DNA of 63,205 bases, counting the filler. It is 8 parts of 8 records of this genome, joined end to end, with 100 filler letters (N's around TTAATTAATTAA, not from the genome) between each part and the next. Parts side by side here need not be neighbours in the genome. Positions count along the whole stretch, not along the records: positions 19,100 to 30,777 come from SRR31156797_34577; positions 30,878 to 37,736 come from SRR31156797_34611; 6 more parts are not named here. One strand, 5' to 3'. This document shows positions 21,901 through 32,151 of this stretch, one piece after another. The position numbers and the translations under genes are program-made. Within the stretch, counting starts at the first letter, position 1. Each line of letters opens with the position of its first letter. The notes beneath the pieces are model-generated. The model worked only from the letters and a program-made list of their open reading frames with translations, ran no database searches and had not been told where the DNA came from.

Positions 21901-23004
21901 CTACACCTTTAAGGCATACTTTGCGAAGATTCTGTCATAGTAAGCTTTCTCGGAAACCGTGTACCAGGGGCCCACCTGTTTCTGGAACGCCTCAAAGCCT
22001 GCGGCCACTTTTTTGCTCATGTCGTCCTTGGCGGCTTCTTCGGCAAGGACTTCCTTCGAAAGTTTGCGAAGGGCTTCCAGAACACTTTCGGGATACGGCA
22101 GCAGTTGCACCTTGTGTTTGTTGATCAGTTCCACCAGGGCCGCGCCGTTGCGGGCATCAAACTGGGCGAGGCACCAGATTTCGTTGTCCATGCAGGCGGC
22201 ATCCAAAATGGCCTGAAGATCCTTGGGCAGGGAGTCGTACGCTTTTTTGTTGAAGAAATACTCCAGATAGGTTCCCGGTTCGTGCCACCCCGGATAGTAG
22301 TAGTACTTGGCCGCCTGGTAGAAACCCATGCGGTTGTCGTGCAACGGTCCCACCCATTCGGTGGCATCGATCACCCCTCTCTCCAGATTGGTGAAGATTT
22401 CGCCGCCGGCCGTCAGCACAACGGTAGCACCCGCCTTTGCCAGGACTTTTCCGCCCAGTCCCGGGATACGCATTTTAAGGCCCTTGAAGTCAGCGATGCT
22501 GTTGATCTTTTTGTTGAACCATCCGCCCATCTGAACGCCGGTGGATCCGCCCGGCCTGGGGATCAGGTTAAAGGGCGCGTAGGTTTCCTCCCAGAGCTTG
22601 AGGCCGTCTCCGCCGTGAAACCAAGCGGACATGCCTTGGGCATTCATGCCGAAGGGCACCGCCGCAAACCATTGTGCCGCGGGGGTCTTGCCGGCCCAGT
22701 AATAGGACGCGCCGCTTCCCACCTCGACGGTTCCGTTTGAAACCGCATCAAAAATGCCCATGGGGGGGACCAGTTCGCCCGCGGCGTATACGTCGATTTT
22801 CAGTCTGCCGCCGGAGAGTTCCCCCACCAGTTTGGCCAGCCGTTCACAGCCGGTCTGCAATACGGGCAGCTTCGGCGGCCAGGTGGTGACCATTTTCCAT
22901 CGGTATTTCTTCTGGCCCAGTACCGCCGGTGCATTGACGGTTGTGGCGGCTACGGCTGCCGCGGCGCCGATGCCGGCTTTCTTCAAAAAGTCGCGTCTTT
23001 CCAT
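21901..23004 (-). CDS. TRAP transporter substrate-binding protein (Tat-exported, TakP/FcbT1-like)
   Basis: MERRDFLK Tat signal, YYWAGK, QMGGWFNK, KMRIPGLGG, YYYYPGWHEP. Confidence 0.93.
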   Translation of the reverse strand: MERRDFLKKAGIGAAAAVAATTVNAPAVLGQKKYRWKMVTTWPPKLPVLQTGCERLAKLVGELSGGRLKIDVYAAGELVPPMGIFDAVSNGTVEVGSGASYYWAGKTPAAQWFAAVPFGMNAQGMSAWFHGGDGLKLWEETYAPFNLIPRPGGSTGVQMGGWFNKKINSIADFKGLKMRIPGLGGKVLAKAGATVVLTAGGEIFTNLERGVIDATEWVGPLHDNRMGFYQAAKYYYYPGWHEPGTYLEYFFNKKAYDSLPKDLQAILDAACMDNEIWCLAQFDARNGAALVELINKHKVQLLPYPESVLEALRKLSKEVLAEEAAKDDMSKKVAAGFEAFQKQVGPWYTVSEKAYYDRIFAKYALKV

Positions 23005-23059
23005 TAAAAACCTCCTTGTTTAGATGGTTTACAATTAAAACCGATTTCGGTCTTCAACG

Positions 23060-24385
23060 CTATCTCGAAAAAACCACGCCGGGAAGCCAGGTGGCCAGTT
23101 GAGGGTAAAAGGCCACAATGGCCAGCCCGATCAACTGAAAGATCACAAAGGGGATGATGCCACGGTATATATGCCCGGTGGTGACCTCCGGGGGGGTTAC
23201 GGCTTTGAGATAGAATAGGGAAAACCCGAAGGGCGGCGTCATAAAGGACGTCTGAAGATTGACCGCCAGCAGAATGCAGAACCATATGGGATCGAATCCG
23301 AACTCCAGCATGATGGGTGCCAGAACCGGCACGTGGATAAAGGTGATTTCAATGAAATCGAGGAAAAATCCGATGATGAAGATGACGCCCATGACAATGG
23401 CCAGCACCGCCCCTTTGCTGTAGGTTTCAGCCAGGGACCCCAGGAAATCACGGACCAGGGTGTCTCCTCCCAGGCCCCTGAATACCAGGCCGAAGGCGGC
23501 GGCGCCGCAAAGGATGATGAAAACCATACAGGTGAGATTGGTGGTTTGCCGCATGACCTGGTTGAGCATATCGATGTTGAATTTCCCGTTGGCGATGGCC
23601 AACAGCGTGGCGCCCACGGCGCCCACGGCGGCGGCCTCGGTGGGGGAGGCGATGCCCGCAAAGATGGAGCCCAGAACCGCGATCATGAGAAAAAGAGGCG
23701 GAAAAAGTGCCTTTCCCACCCGGGCGGCCAGTTCACCCTTTGAAATGGCGTCCAGTTCCGCCCTGGGGATGGCAGGTGCTATGCCCGGACGAAGGTTCGC
23801 CGCCAGGAGAATGTATATGATATAAAGGGTCACCAGGAGGAGTCCGGGCAACACGGCGCCCATGAACAGATCCCCCACGGATACCCCCACAATGTCGCCG
23901 ATGAGCACGAGCACGATACTGGGGGGGATGATCTGCCCCAGGGTTCCCGATGCGGAAACCGTGCCTGTGGCCAGTTCTTTCTGGTAGTTGCGCCTGAGCA
24001 TGGTGGGAACCGCCAGAAGGCCCATGGTCACCACGGTGGCGCCAACGATGCCGGTGGAAGCGCCCAGCAGGGCGCCCACCACCACCACGGATATGGCCAG
24101 TCCACCCTTGAGACGTCCGAACAGGATGGCCATGGTATTGAGCAGTTTCTCCGCCAGGCCCGAACGTTCCAGCATCACCCCCATGAATACGAAAAGGGGG
24201 ACGGCGATGAGGGTTACATTGGTCATGCGGCCCCAGATACGGAGGGGAAGCAGATCAAAGAAAGACCACCCGAAACCGATGAGACCGAAGAAAAGGGCCG
24301 TGCCCAGAAGGGTGAAAGCCACGGGAAAACCGGCCATTAAGAGGATGGTCAACGCCAGGAACATCCAGCCCGCCAGGTATTCCAT
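23060..24385 (-). CDS. TRAP transporter large permease (DctM)
   Basis: AVPLFVFMG, GTLGQIIPPSI and TPPFG motifs. Confidence 0.93.
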   Translation of the reverse strand: MEYLAGWMFLALTILLMAGFPVAFTLLGTALFFGLIGFGWSFFDLLPLRIWGRMTNVTLIAVPLFVFMGVMLERSGLAEKLLNTMAILFGRLKGGLAISVVVVGALLGASTGIVGATVVTMGLLAVPTMLRRNYQKELATGTVSASGTLGQIIPPSIVLVLIGDIVGVSVGDLFMGAVLPGLLLVTLYIIYILLAANLRPGIAPAIPRAELDAISKGELAARVGKALFPPLFLMIAVLGSIFAGIASPTEAAAVGAVGATLLAIANGKFNIDMLNQVMRQTTNLTCMVFIILCGAAAFGLVFRGLGGDTLVRDFLGSLAETYSKGAVLAIVMGVIFIIGFFLDFIEITFIHVPVLAPIMLEFGFDPIWFCILLAVNLQTSFMTPPFGFSLFYLKAVTPPEVTTGHIYRGIIPFVIFQLIGLAIVAFYPQLATWLPGVVFSR

Positions 24386-24915
24386 CAGGATATTTCCTTC
24401 TCAGCAGCTTCCAAACCGACCACCTGCAAAAAACTGTGAAGACCCATGGAGAGTCCCTGCAAAAAAAGCAGGACGAATCCGAAGGTGATGGTCCCCTTTA
24501 TCAGGAATCGGTAGGGGATGCCGCCCGGGTCCGGTGAACCTTCCAGGATGGCCCAGGAATTGTAAGTGAATTTCCATGAGGTGAGGATGACCATGAGGCA
24601 ACCGGGAAGCATGAAGCAGAAGACGCCGATGAGGTTGATCCAGGCCCGGCCCTTGGGCCCCAAGCGTTGGTAGATGATGTCAACGCGAACATGGCCGTCG
24701 TGGAGTAGTGTGTACCCTGCGCCCATGAGGAAAATGAATCCGAAGAGCTGCCATTCCAGTTCCTGGGTAAACACATAACTGGTGTTGAACAGATATCGCA
24801 TGACCACGTCAACGAAGACCACTAAAACCAGGCCCGTGGTCACCCAGGCGACGCCGCGGCCCACACGTTCATTGAGCCAGTCGATACCGTGGCAGAATGC
24901 CTTGATCATGTTCAT
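24385..24915 (-). CDS. TRAP transporter small permease (DctQ)
   Basis: Four TM segments, ELEW, HVRVD. Confidence 0.9.
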   Translation of the reverse strand: MNMIKAFCHGIDWLNERVGRGVAWVTTGLVLVVFVDVVMRYLFNTSYVFTQELEWQLFGFIFLMGAGYTLLHDGHVRVDIIYQRLGPKGRAWINLIGVFCFMLPGCLMVILTSWKFTYNSWAILEGSPDPGGIPYRFLIKGTITFGFVLLFLQGLSMGLHSFLQVVGLEAAEKEIS

Positions 24916-25039
24916 AGATTGATGCTCCCGCAAAAAGACGCTCTCAAGTTCCAAAAACGCCACTCTCCCTATGATTCCGGATAACTATAGGCAAAAGCAA
25001 CAAATGGGTCAAGCGGTAATATGGCATTGACACCGGTTC

Positions 25040-25435
25040 TTATTTATGCGTGATAGATTGCTGGATCTTTTCAAAAGCGCCCAGGAGTGACAGCAGATCT
25101 TCTGGAGGCACATTCCTGGGGATATTTCCCAAAATCCCGTATCCTTCAGCCCTTTCATCCACCTCCGAATGGGAAAGATCGGTGACCATGATAATGGATG
25201 TCAAGGGGGAGGCCATGACAAACGTTTTCATCACATCGATGGGGTCATTATTTTCCTGGTTATGACCGGCAATGACGAGATCGAAAAAGGATTTTTTGGA
25301 TGCTTCGAGGGCTTCAAGATTACTGGAAAAACAACACTTTTCATAGGGGCCGTCCGCTAATGCCGTCTGGATTTTCTCCAGCACGGCCGGGTCATTTTCG
25401 AGCAGCAACACTTTTCTTTTTGTTTCCTGGTTCAT
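25040..25435 (-). CDS. Stand-alone atypical receiver-domain protein
   Basis: CheY-like pattern (KVLLLEND, FDLVIAG, IIMVT), with Gly at the phospho-Asp position. Confidence 0.7.
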   Translation of the reverse strand: MNQETKRKVLLLENDPAVLEKIQTALADGPYEKCCFSSNLEALEASKKSFFDLVIAGHNQENNDPIDVMKTFVMASPLTSIIMVTDLSHSEVDERAEGYGILGNIPRNVPPEDLLSLLGAFEKIQQSITHK

Positions 25436-25490
25436 GATAACCTCCAAAATTAATAATTAACCGATTGGCAGGGGTGATTCTCTAACAGTA

Positions 25491-25766
25491 TCACTCCTTT
25501 TTTATGAAAAAGCCGACAATTGCCAGCAGGAAAACGGCAAACCCAAATCCAAAGTAAAGCCATGGAAAGATGGGCGAATGTTTTGTCCCCGCTTCCAGTA
25601 TATAGGCCCTGTCAAATACATAGGCCCAGTAAAGGGTGAAAAGATAGTTGATCAAGAGCGCGATTTTCGGATTCCCGAAAATGAGTGCCAACGTGCTGAG
25701 ACCCAGTAAGAGGGCGATTTGATAAAAAGGTGCACAGAATTTGAGTGAACCGATGAACTCTAACAT
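25491..25766 (-). CDS. Small hypothetical membrane protein
   Basis: Three hydrophobic segments. ATG at 25766 follows a purine-rich RBS. Confidence 0.65.
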   Translation of the reverse strand: MLEFIGSLKFCAPFYQIALLLGLSTLALIFGNPKIALLINYLFTLYWAYVFDRAYILEAGTKHSPIFPWLYFGFGFAVFLLAIVGFFIKKE

Positions 25767-25798
25767 GTTTTCTTCCCCGTATTGAGGGTTTTCTTCTT

Positions 25799-26557
25799 TT
25801 AATATGGGATCTGCCTGTTCCGCCACAGGTACAGCACGATGCCCGTTGCCATGGCGGCATTCAACGATTCAACCCCGTTTGCCATGGGTATTGAGATTTT
25901 GCGATGCCCTTTCAGGGTTTCCGGGATGCCGGGCCCTTCCAGGCCGGGGACCAGGCAGAAGCTTTCAGGGAAATTGAATCGGGCCACATCTTCCCCTTCC
26001 GGGGCCATGATGATCAAAGGGATTTCAAATCCATTGAGGCGGCTCAGGGCCGGACCCTGATAGAGGGGTATCCTGAAGATATTACTCCCCGCCGCCCTGA
26101 CCGATTTGGGATGAAAAGGATGCGCCGCTTCCTTTAAAAGCACAATCCGCGTGACACCCAATGCTGCGGATGCACGGATCACGGCCCCCACATTACTGGG
26201 ATCCTGGAAGGGAATGCACAGGGTGCAGCCCTTCAGGGTGCCGTCAAAATGGGGGAGGGGTTCCGCGCGTACCATCAGCACGGGATGTTTTGTCCCGAAC
26301 GCGTCCACCCGGTCAAAGAGATCGGGGCTCAGACGGTATCGGGGGATTTCGTCCGTTTCGGGAAATTCGGGGGCTCTGTGTCGGCTGGAGAAAATGATGC
26401 CGGTACATCGGTCCGGAAACTCCCGCAGGACTTCTCGAATTTGTTTCGGGCCGGAAAGAAGTGCCCTTTCCTTTTTTCGGATCTCCCGTGGACTTTTAAG
26501 GCGTAGAAAGCCCCTGAATGTGGTATTGTTGGAACTGTCGATCTCAATGGTTTTCAT
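25799..26557 (-). CDS. SpoU/TrmH-family RNA methyltransferase
   Basis: QDPSNVGAVIR, GLEGPG and IPMANGVESLNAAMA SPOUT motifs. Confidence 0.92.
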   Translation of the reverse strand: MKTIEIDSSNNTTFRGFLRLKSPREIRKKERALLSGPKQIREVLREFPDRCTGIIFSSRHRAPEFPETDEIPRYRLSPDLFDRVDAFGTKHPVLMVRAEPLPHFDGTLKGCTLCIPFQDPSNVGAVIRASAALGVTRIVLLKEAAHPFHPKSVRAAGSNIFRIPLYQGPALSRLNGFEIPLIIMAPEGEDVARFNFPESFCLVPGLEGPGIPETLKGHRKISIPMANGVESLNAAMATGIVLYLWRNRQIPY

Positions 26558-26584
26558 GGTGCCAGCGCCTGATTCACTGATGGG

Positions 26585-27004
26585 TTATTCTGTTCCGAGC
26601 GATTTCAGCCATCCTTCGATTTCTTCACGGGAGATTTTTTTTCTGTCATAGAAAAAGACAAAAAGATCCCGGAACCTTTTGATAAGATTATTGTCCGCAA
26701 GGGCCTCCTGAAGGGAGAGGGTTTTTTTGGGATCGTAGAAATTCTTCAGATGAAGGAAGAGTGCGCGGGCGTGCTCTCCGGGGTCTGTCTTGAGACGTTT
26801 TTTTTGGGACAGGGTCTCAAGGAGCAACCATAGGGATTTCCGGCCTGATGCCAACATTTTGTAGTTGTAGTAAAATATTTCCCTCTCATAGAGGTGTTCT
26901 CTCGGCGCAAATGTTTCAATTGAATGGATACATGCGTCAAAGCTGTCCTTTGCCTTGCCCCGTTTTCGAACCCTCTTGACGGGTGAGAAAATATTCCAGT
27001 TCAT
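26585..27004 (-). CDS. Hypothetical protein
   Basis: 139-aa ORF abutting the znuB stop on the same strand. Confidence 0.65.
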   Translation of the reverse strand: MNWNIFSPVKRVRKRGKAKDSFDACIHSIETFAPREHLYEREIFYYNYKMLASGRKSLWLLLETLSQKKRLKTDPGEHARALFLHLKNFYDPKKTLSLQEALADNNLIKRFRDLFVFFYDRKKISREEIEGWLKSLGTE

Positions 27005-27835
27005 CTAGCTCTTTTCTCCCGGACTTGCTCCTTTACGTTTGATGAAATCCAAAACCTGGGAAATGAAAAAACCCAACCCCGCAACGAGAATAATGGTGGC
27101 GCCGCTTGTGAGGTCAAAGGTGTAGGAAAGCCAAAGACCCGAAAGGGTGAAAAAAATGCCCAGTATGGAAGAAAGGACCATCATCCCGCCCAGGGAACGG
27201 GTATATTTTTCAGCGATAAAGGGGGGAATGGTCAACAGGGCGATCACCAGGATCAGACCCACCACTCGAATGATCATGACGATGGATAGCGCCGTCATTC
27301 CCAACAGCAACAGGTAGAGTGTTTTGACCGGGATGCCCACCACAAAGGCGAACTGCTCATCATAGGAGAGGGCCACGAACTCTTTGTAGAAAAGCAGAAC
27401 CACCAGTAAGATGAAACCGTCCAGGGGCAGCATGAGCCACAGGTCCGCAGCGGGTACGGCCAGGATGCTGCCGAAGAGATAGCTCATGAGATCCACGTGA
27501 TAACCGGGGGTCAAATCGATCAATATGATGCCTAAGGCCATGCCGATGGCCCACAGGACCCCGATAATGGTGTCGGCCCGGTGCCTGGTTTTCAGGCTGA
27601 CGGCGCCCATGATGAGGGATACGCCGGAAGCAAAGATGGCGGCCCCCAGAAAGGGTGAAAAGCCGCAGAAAAACCCGATCCCCACGCCCCCGAAAGCGGC
27701 ATGGGCGATGCCGCCCGAGATAAACACGATACGATTCACCACCACCAGGCTACCGATAATGCCGCAGGATATGCTGACCAACAGACCGGCCAGCAGGGCG
27801 TTTCTCATAAAATCGTATTGAAGGGCTTCCAACAT
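27005..27835 (-). CDS. znuB: Zn/Mn ABC transporter permease
   Basis: IAHAAFGG, SYLFGSILAV and VGLILVIALLTIP motifs. Confidence 0.9.
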   Translation of the reverse strand: MLEALQYDFMRNALLAGLLVSISCGIIGSLVVVNRIVFISGGIAHAAFGGVGIGFFCGFSPFLGAAIFASGVSLIMGAVSLKTRHRADTIIGVLWAIGMALGIILIDLTPGYHVDLMSYLFGSILAVPAADLWLMLPLDGFILLVVLLFYKEFVALSYDEQFAFVVGIPVKTLYLLLLGMTALSIVMIIRVVGLILVIALLTIPPFIAEKYTRSLGGMMVLSSILGIFFTLSGLWLSYTFDLTSGATIILVAGLGFFISQVLDFIKRKGASPGEKS

Positions 27836-27846
27836 CTTAATTTCGC

Positions 27847-28701
27847 CTATCCCTCGCCATGATGTGGAAGAACCCGGTGCGGAATACCATGGGCAATCAG
27901 GTCTACCGGGCATTCGTAGGCCATGTCAAGCATTTCATGGGTGATCTCAGGTTCTTCGTGGTAAATTAATGTTTGATTGACACACGCCACGGATTTTATA
28001 TACCTGGATAGGACGCCCACGTCGTGGGTGATGGTTACGATGGTGGCATGCCGGTTCAGTTCTTTAAGAAAGTCGTATATATTGCTTTCGAATTGGGGAT
28101 CAACCTTGGCGGTGGGTTCATCCAGGAAAAGGATTTCCGGTTCCGTCGAAAGAGCCCGGGCGATCAATACCCGTTGCCTCTGTCCCCCCGATAATTTACC
28201 GATGGGCATTTTTCTTTTGTCCCACATGCCCACTTTTTTGAGGGCTTCTTCCGCCACGGGACGGTCCCTGTGGGTAAACCCTTTTCCCATGCGGGATCGG
28301 GCAAGACGTCCCATTAACGCCACATCCATGACGGAAATGGGAAATGTATTGTTGAAGTCCGTATTCTGGGGTACATAACCCACCCGGCGGCGCGCCCGGT
28401 GGGGTGCTTCCCCCAGTATCCGTATGGTGCCCCTATGGGGTTTCAGAATGCCCAGCAGCAGCTTGATAAGGGTTGTTTTTCCCCCTCCGTTGGGGCCGAT
28501 CATTCCCAGAAAATCCCCCTGCTTCAAGGAAAAGCTGATATCTTCCAGTATGGGGGATCTGTCATAGGAAAACCATACCCCCTCCATTTCAATGGCGGGA
28601 ACAGTTTTAAGGGTGCAGTTGTCAGGGTGCAGGTTGACTTCCGACGATGATTTTTCTGCCCCCTGTCCCCTGTCCCCTGCACCCTGTGAACGGTTACCCA
28701 A
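27847..28701 (-). CDS. znuC: Zn/Mn ABC transporter ATPase with a repeat-derived N-terminal extension
   Basis: GPNGGGKTT, LSGGQRQR, LDEPT. TTG start has AAAGGA 8 nt upstream. Confidence 0.9.
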   Translation of the reverse strand: MGNRSQGAGDRGQGAEKSSSEVNLHPDNCTLKTVPAIEMEGVWFSYDRSPILEDISFSLKQGDFLGMIGPNGGGKTTLIKLLLGILKPHRGTIRILGEAPHRARRRVGYVPQNTDFNNTFPISVMDVALMGRLARSRMGKGFTHRDRPVAEEALKKVGMWDKRKMPIGKLSGGQRQRVLIARALSTEPEILFLDEPTAKVDPQFESNIYDFLKELNRHATIVTITHDVGVLSRYIKSVACVNQTLIYHEEPEITHEMLDMAYECPVDLIAHGIPHRVLPHHGEG

Positions 28702-28756
28702 ATCTCACATCCTTTCTCTTCCTAACAGCTAAGATCTAACAGCTAACAGCTAACGG
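28602..28756. repeat. Heptamer arrays: inverted CAGGGTG-like and CCCCTGT-like arrays, plus (CTAACAG)x5
   Basis: 28602-28636 (5 units), 28653-28687 (5 units, inverted), 28722-28756 (CTAACAG CTAAGAT CTAACAG CTAACAG CTAACGG). Confidence 0.8.
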
Positions 28757-28759
28757 CTT

Positions 28760-29608
28760 TTAAGCACCCTTGATCTCCAGACTGAAATCCGCCGCCCTCG
28801 GTGAATGGGTAAGTGCCCCCACGGAGATGAAATCAACACCCGTGGATGCAATTCCTTTAATGGTATCAAGGGTGACACCCCCGGAGGCTTCCACCAGGAC
28901 CGCGCCGTTGATAAGGTCCACCGCTTCTTTCATTTCCAAGGGTGTCATGTTGTCCAGCAGGATGATGTCGGCACCTGCCCGGCAGGCTTCTTTCACTCCG
29001 GCAAGATCTTCCACCTCCACCTCCACCCGGAGCGTGTGAGCCGACCCTTTTCTGGCCTTTGAAACGGCCTTTGAAATGGACCCCACCGCCGCAATATGGT
29101 TGTCTTTGATGAGGATACCGTCAAACAGGCCGAATCGGTGATTTTTTCCGCCGCCGGTTCTGACCGCGTACTTATCGCACCACCTGAGCCCCGGCGCGGT
29201 CTTCCGGGTGTCAAGGATTGTAGCCCGGGATCCTTTGATTTCTTCCACATACCGGCGGGTGAGGGTTGCGATGCCGCTCATGCGTTGCAGAAAATTGAGA
29301 GCGGTTCTTTCTCCGGATAGAATGGCGGCGAGCCGGCCCTTGATTCGGCATACGGCGGACCCCTCGGGTACAATATCCCCGTCTTCAAAGTGCATGACAA
29401 ATGCCAGTGTGGGATCGACTTCCAAAAATGTCTGTTTAAAGACCGCCAGACCGGCCAGAATCATTTTTTCCCGGGCAATCAGGATGGCCTCCCCCGGGGT
29501 ATGGGGATCTACCACCGCCCGGGTTGTTGCATCGCCCGGTCCCATGTCTTCTTCAAGGGCACGCCTTATCATCGGTTGGATCGGCGAAAACAGGTCGCTA
29601 TCCATCAA
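28760..29608 (-). CDS. nadC: Quinolinate phosphoribosyltransferase (nicotinate-nucleotide diphosphorylase)
   Basis: ERTALN, DTRKT, NHRFGL, IKDNH, LLDN, EASGG. Confidence 0.96.
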   Translation of the reverse strand: MMDSDLFSPIQPMIRRALEEDMGPGDATTRAVVDPHTPGEAILIAREKMILAGLAVFKQTFLEVDPTLAFVMHFEDGDIVPEGSAVCRIKGRLAAILSGERTALNFLQRMSGIATLTRRYVEEIKGSRATILDTRKTAPGLRWCDKYAVRTGGGKNHRFGLFDGILIKDNHIAAVGSISKAVSKARKGSAHTLRVEVEVEDLAGVKEACRAGADIILLDNMTPLEMKEAVDLINGAVLVEASGGVTLDTIKGIASTGVDFISVGALTHSPRAADFSLEIKGA

Positions 29609-30777
29609 TCTTCTCCAGGAATTCTAGGTTTTGTGCAAGTTTATCCCGTTTGGCGGAAAGCATTTCGGCTTTTGCCTTGACCTCCGCCACAATATTTTCC
29701 GGTGCCTTATCCAGAAATCCCTTGTTGGAAAGTTTCCTCTCCGACGTTTTCAAGTCTTTTTCGATTTTGGCCATGGATTTGCGAATCCGTTTTTTCTCTT
29801 CCCCAAAATCGATCAGGCCCTTCAGGATCACGTGAATGGATGTTTCGCCGAAAACAGTGGTGGCTGAGCCTTCGGGTTTTTCAAGCCCCGCGCCCACATC
29901 CAGGTCTTCTACTTTCGCTAAGCTTTTCAGGCTCCCCGCGTTCTTGTTGAGACGCGCCGCTTCTTCGGTGCCGGGAGTATCGATGACCACTTTGACGTTC
30001 TTTGATGGCGGAAGATTCATTTCTCCCCGTATGTTCCGGATCCCGGTAATGACCCCCATGAGGAGCGCCATATCCGTCAGGGCTTCTTCATCCTTTGGGA
30101 AGTCGGCCGAACCCGGAAACGCGGCACTCATGATGCTGCCGTCTGTTCCGGGGAGTCTCTGCCAGATTTCTTCCGTTACAAAGGGCATGAAGGGATGGAG
30201 CAGTTTCAATGAAGCGGCCAAGGCTTCCAATACGATGTAGCGGGTGGCGTCTTTACGTTCTTGATCTTCTCCGTACAGTTCCTGTTTGGCCATTTCAAGG
30301 TACCAGTCACAGAATTCATGCCATACAAACTGGTAGCAAAGACCGGCCGCTTCGTTGAACTGGTAGTCGTCAATGGCTTGGGCCACTTTTTCGCTGACCT
30401 GGCCCACGCGGGTCAGGATCCACCTGTCCGCCAGGGTGGCGGGCATTGTTTTTGCGGGTGCCGTTCCATCCTCTTGCAGGTTCATGAAAGCAAAGCGGGC
30501 GGCATTCCATATCTTATTGACAAAATGGCGGTACCCCAGGATCCTTTCTTCTGAAAGTTTGATATCCCGTCCCTGGGCGGCCAGGGCGGCCAGGGTGAAT
30601 CGAAAGGCGTCGGTTCCGTGTTCATCCATGACCACCAGGGGATCGATCACATTCCCCTTGCTCTTGCTCATCTTTTTCCCTTCCGCATCCCGGACGAGGG
30701 CGTGGATATAGACATCCTTAAACGGGATATCTCCCATGAAATGAATGCCCATCATCATCATTCGCGCCACCCAGAAA
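29598..30777 (-). CDS. valS: Valyl-tRNA synthetase (C-terminal part)
   Basis: KMSKSKGNVIDP, FCDWYLE, LLHPFMPF and C-terminal coiled coil (F..KAP). Confidence 0.96.
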
Positions 30778-30877
30778 NNNNNNNNNNNNNNNNNNNNNNN
30801 NNNNNNNNNNNNNNNNNNNNNTTAATTAATTAANNNNNNNNNNNNNNNNNNNNNNNNNNNNNNNNNNNNNNNNNNNN

Positions 30878-32135
30878 GCAAATTCTTAACACCCAGTTTC
30901 TTGACTCTTGCAACATTCTCGATCTCGGTTATCTTGTATTCAATAACCTCAATCTTGTCATCAAATGTATCATAAAGTCTGGTTGCTGCTTGCTTAAGGT
31001 AGCCGCAAGCCGCGCAAGAAGCCGAATCAACGGTAAACACTTCGATCAAAGGTCTGGACAGGCTTTTGTAATCAGGTAATTCAATGTCAATATCAATCTC
31101 ATCTTTAGTGTAGTTCTCAAGCATTTGCTTGTAAGAGTCGGGATTCCGCAGAGCATCCATTACGCCAATACAATTCTCAATAGGAGTGTCATAGGGCATA
31201 TCACAACCGGGGGAGACAATAAGGTGCTCATGATCAACCGTTTCCAAGAAATCTACAATAAATTTCACATTATCTTGCTGATTGCCCAGTAACATAACTG
31301 TTGTCAGGGGAATATTGCCTCCGATCACGATATCATGTGCATCAGTGATCTTTTTTGCAGCGACCATGTCAATATTTTCATCAATAGAGATCATATCCGG
31401 GTGAGTGTGGCACATGACATCCATATTTTTAGTGGCATCGCCACATACGAACAGTGATGAAAATACATTATGATTTTTAATGTCAGCAAATAATCTATGT
31501 AAAGGCTTATGCAAGAATTGCGTGAACATATCAGGTGAGATTTGAGAAATAACGGGATCTACAACTGCAATAACGTCCATGCCGGCTTCTATATAAAGAT
31601 CACTCATTTGAATGGCTATATCGGTACAATAATCGATCAATTCCTGCACTTTTTCGGGCTCCATGTAGGTGTCCATGAATAGCTCGGAACCACGAAGGTG
31701 GGTTGCCAGAGTGAGGGGACCTGTAATAAGTCCGTAAAGAACCGTTTCCGCGCCAACTGAGGCTTTCATGCGCCTCATAACATCTAAAATGATCGGTAAT
31801 CGTCCATCATTTTTCGTAATATTATTTTCAGATATAATAAATTCTTCTGAAAGAGGATGTGAAACGACTGATGGGGGAGAGTCCACTGCCCATAATAGTT
31901 CGCAACCCAGTATTTCGGCTTCAACTTGCAGGTCAAAAATGACGGGTTGTCCGTCCGGAACATATGTTTCATGAACTTTCATGAGAGATTCGTACAATTT
32001 ATCTGCATCTTGCAGGACGTCTGTCGAGTTATAACCGCAAAGTTTGCCTGCATGAATACCGGCAAACGGAACCCACGGAACCATGTCCGCTTTTTCTCCC
32101 GACAGTACTTTAAATAGTCTCTCTTTTCCTGTCAT
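30878..32135 (-). CDS. MtaA/CmuA-like (URO-D superfamily) corrinoid-linked methyltransferase with a C-terminal thioredoxin-like CxxC domain (3' partial)
   Basis: DLQVEAEILG, GPLT, VCGD, GGNI and PGCD motifs, then EVFTVDSASCAAC. GAGGAG RBS. Confidence 0.8.
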
Positions 32136-32151
32136 GATATCTCCTCTCTGC

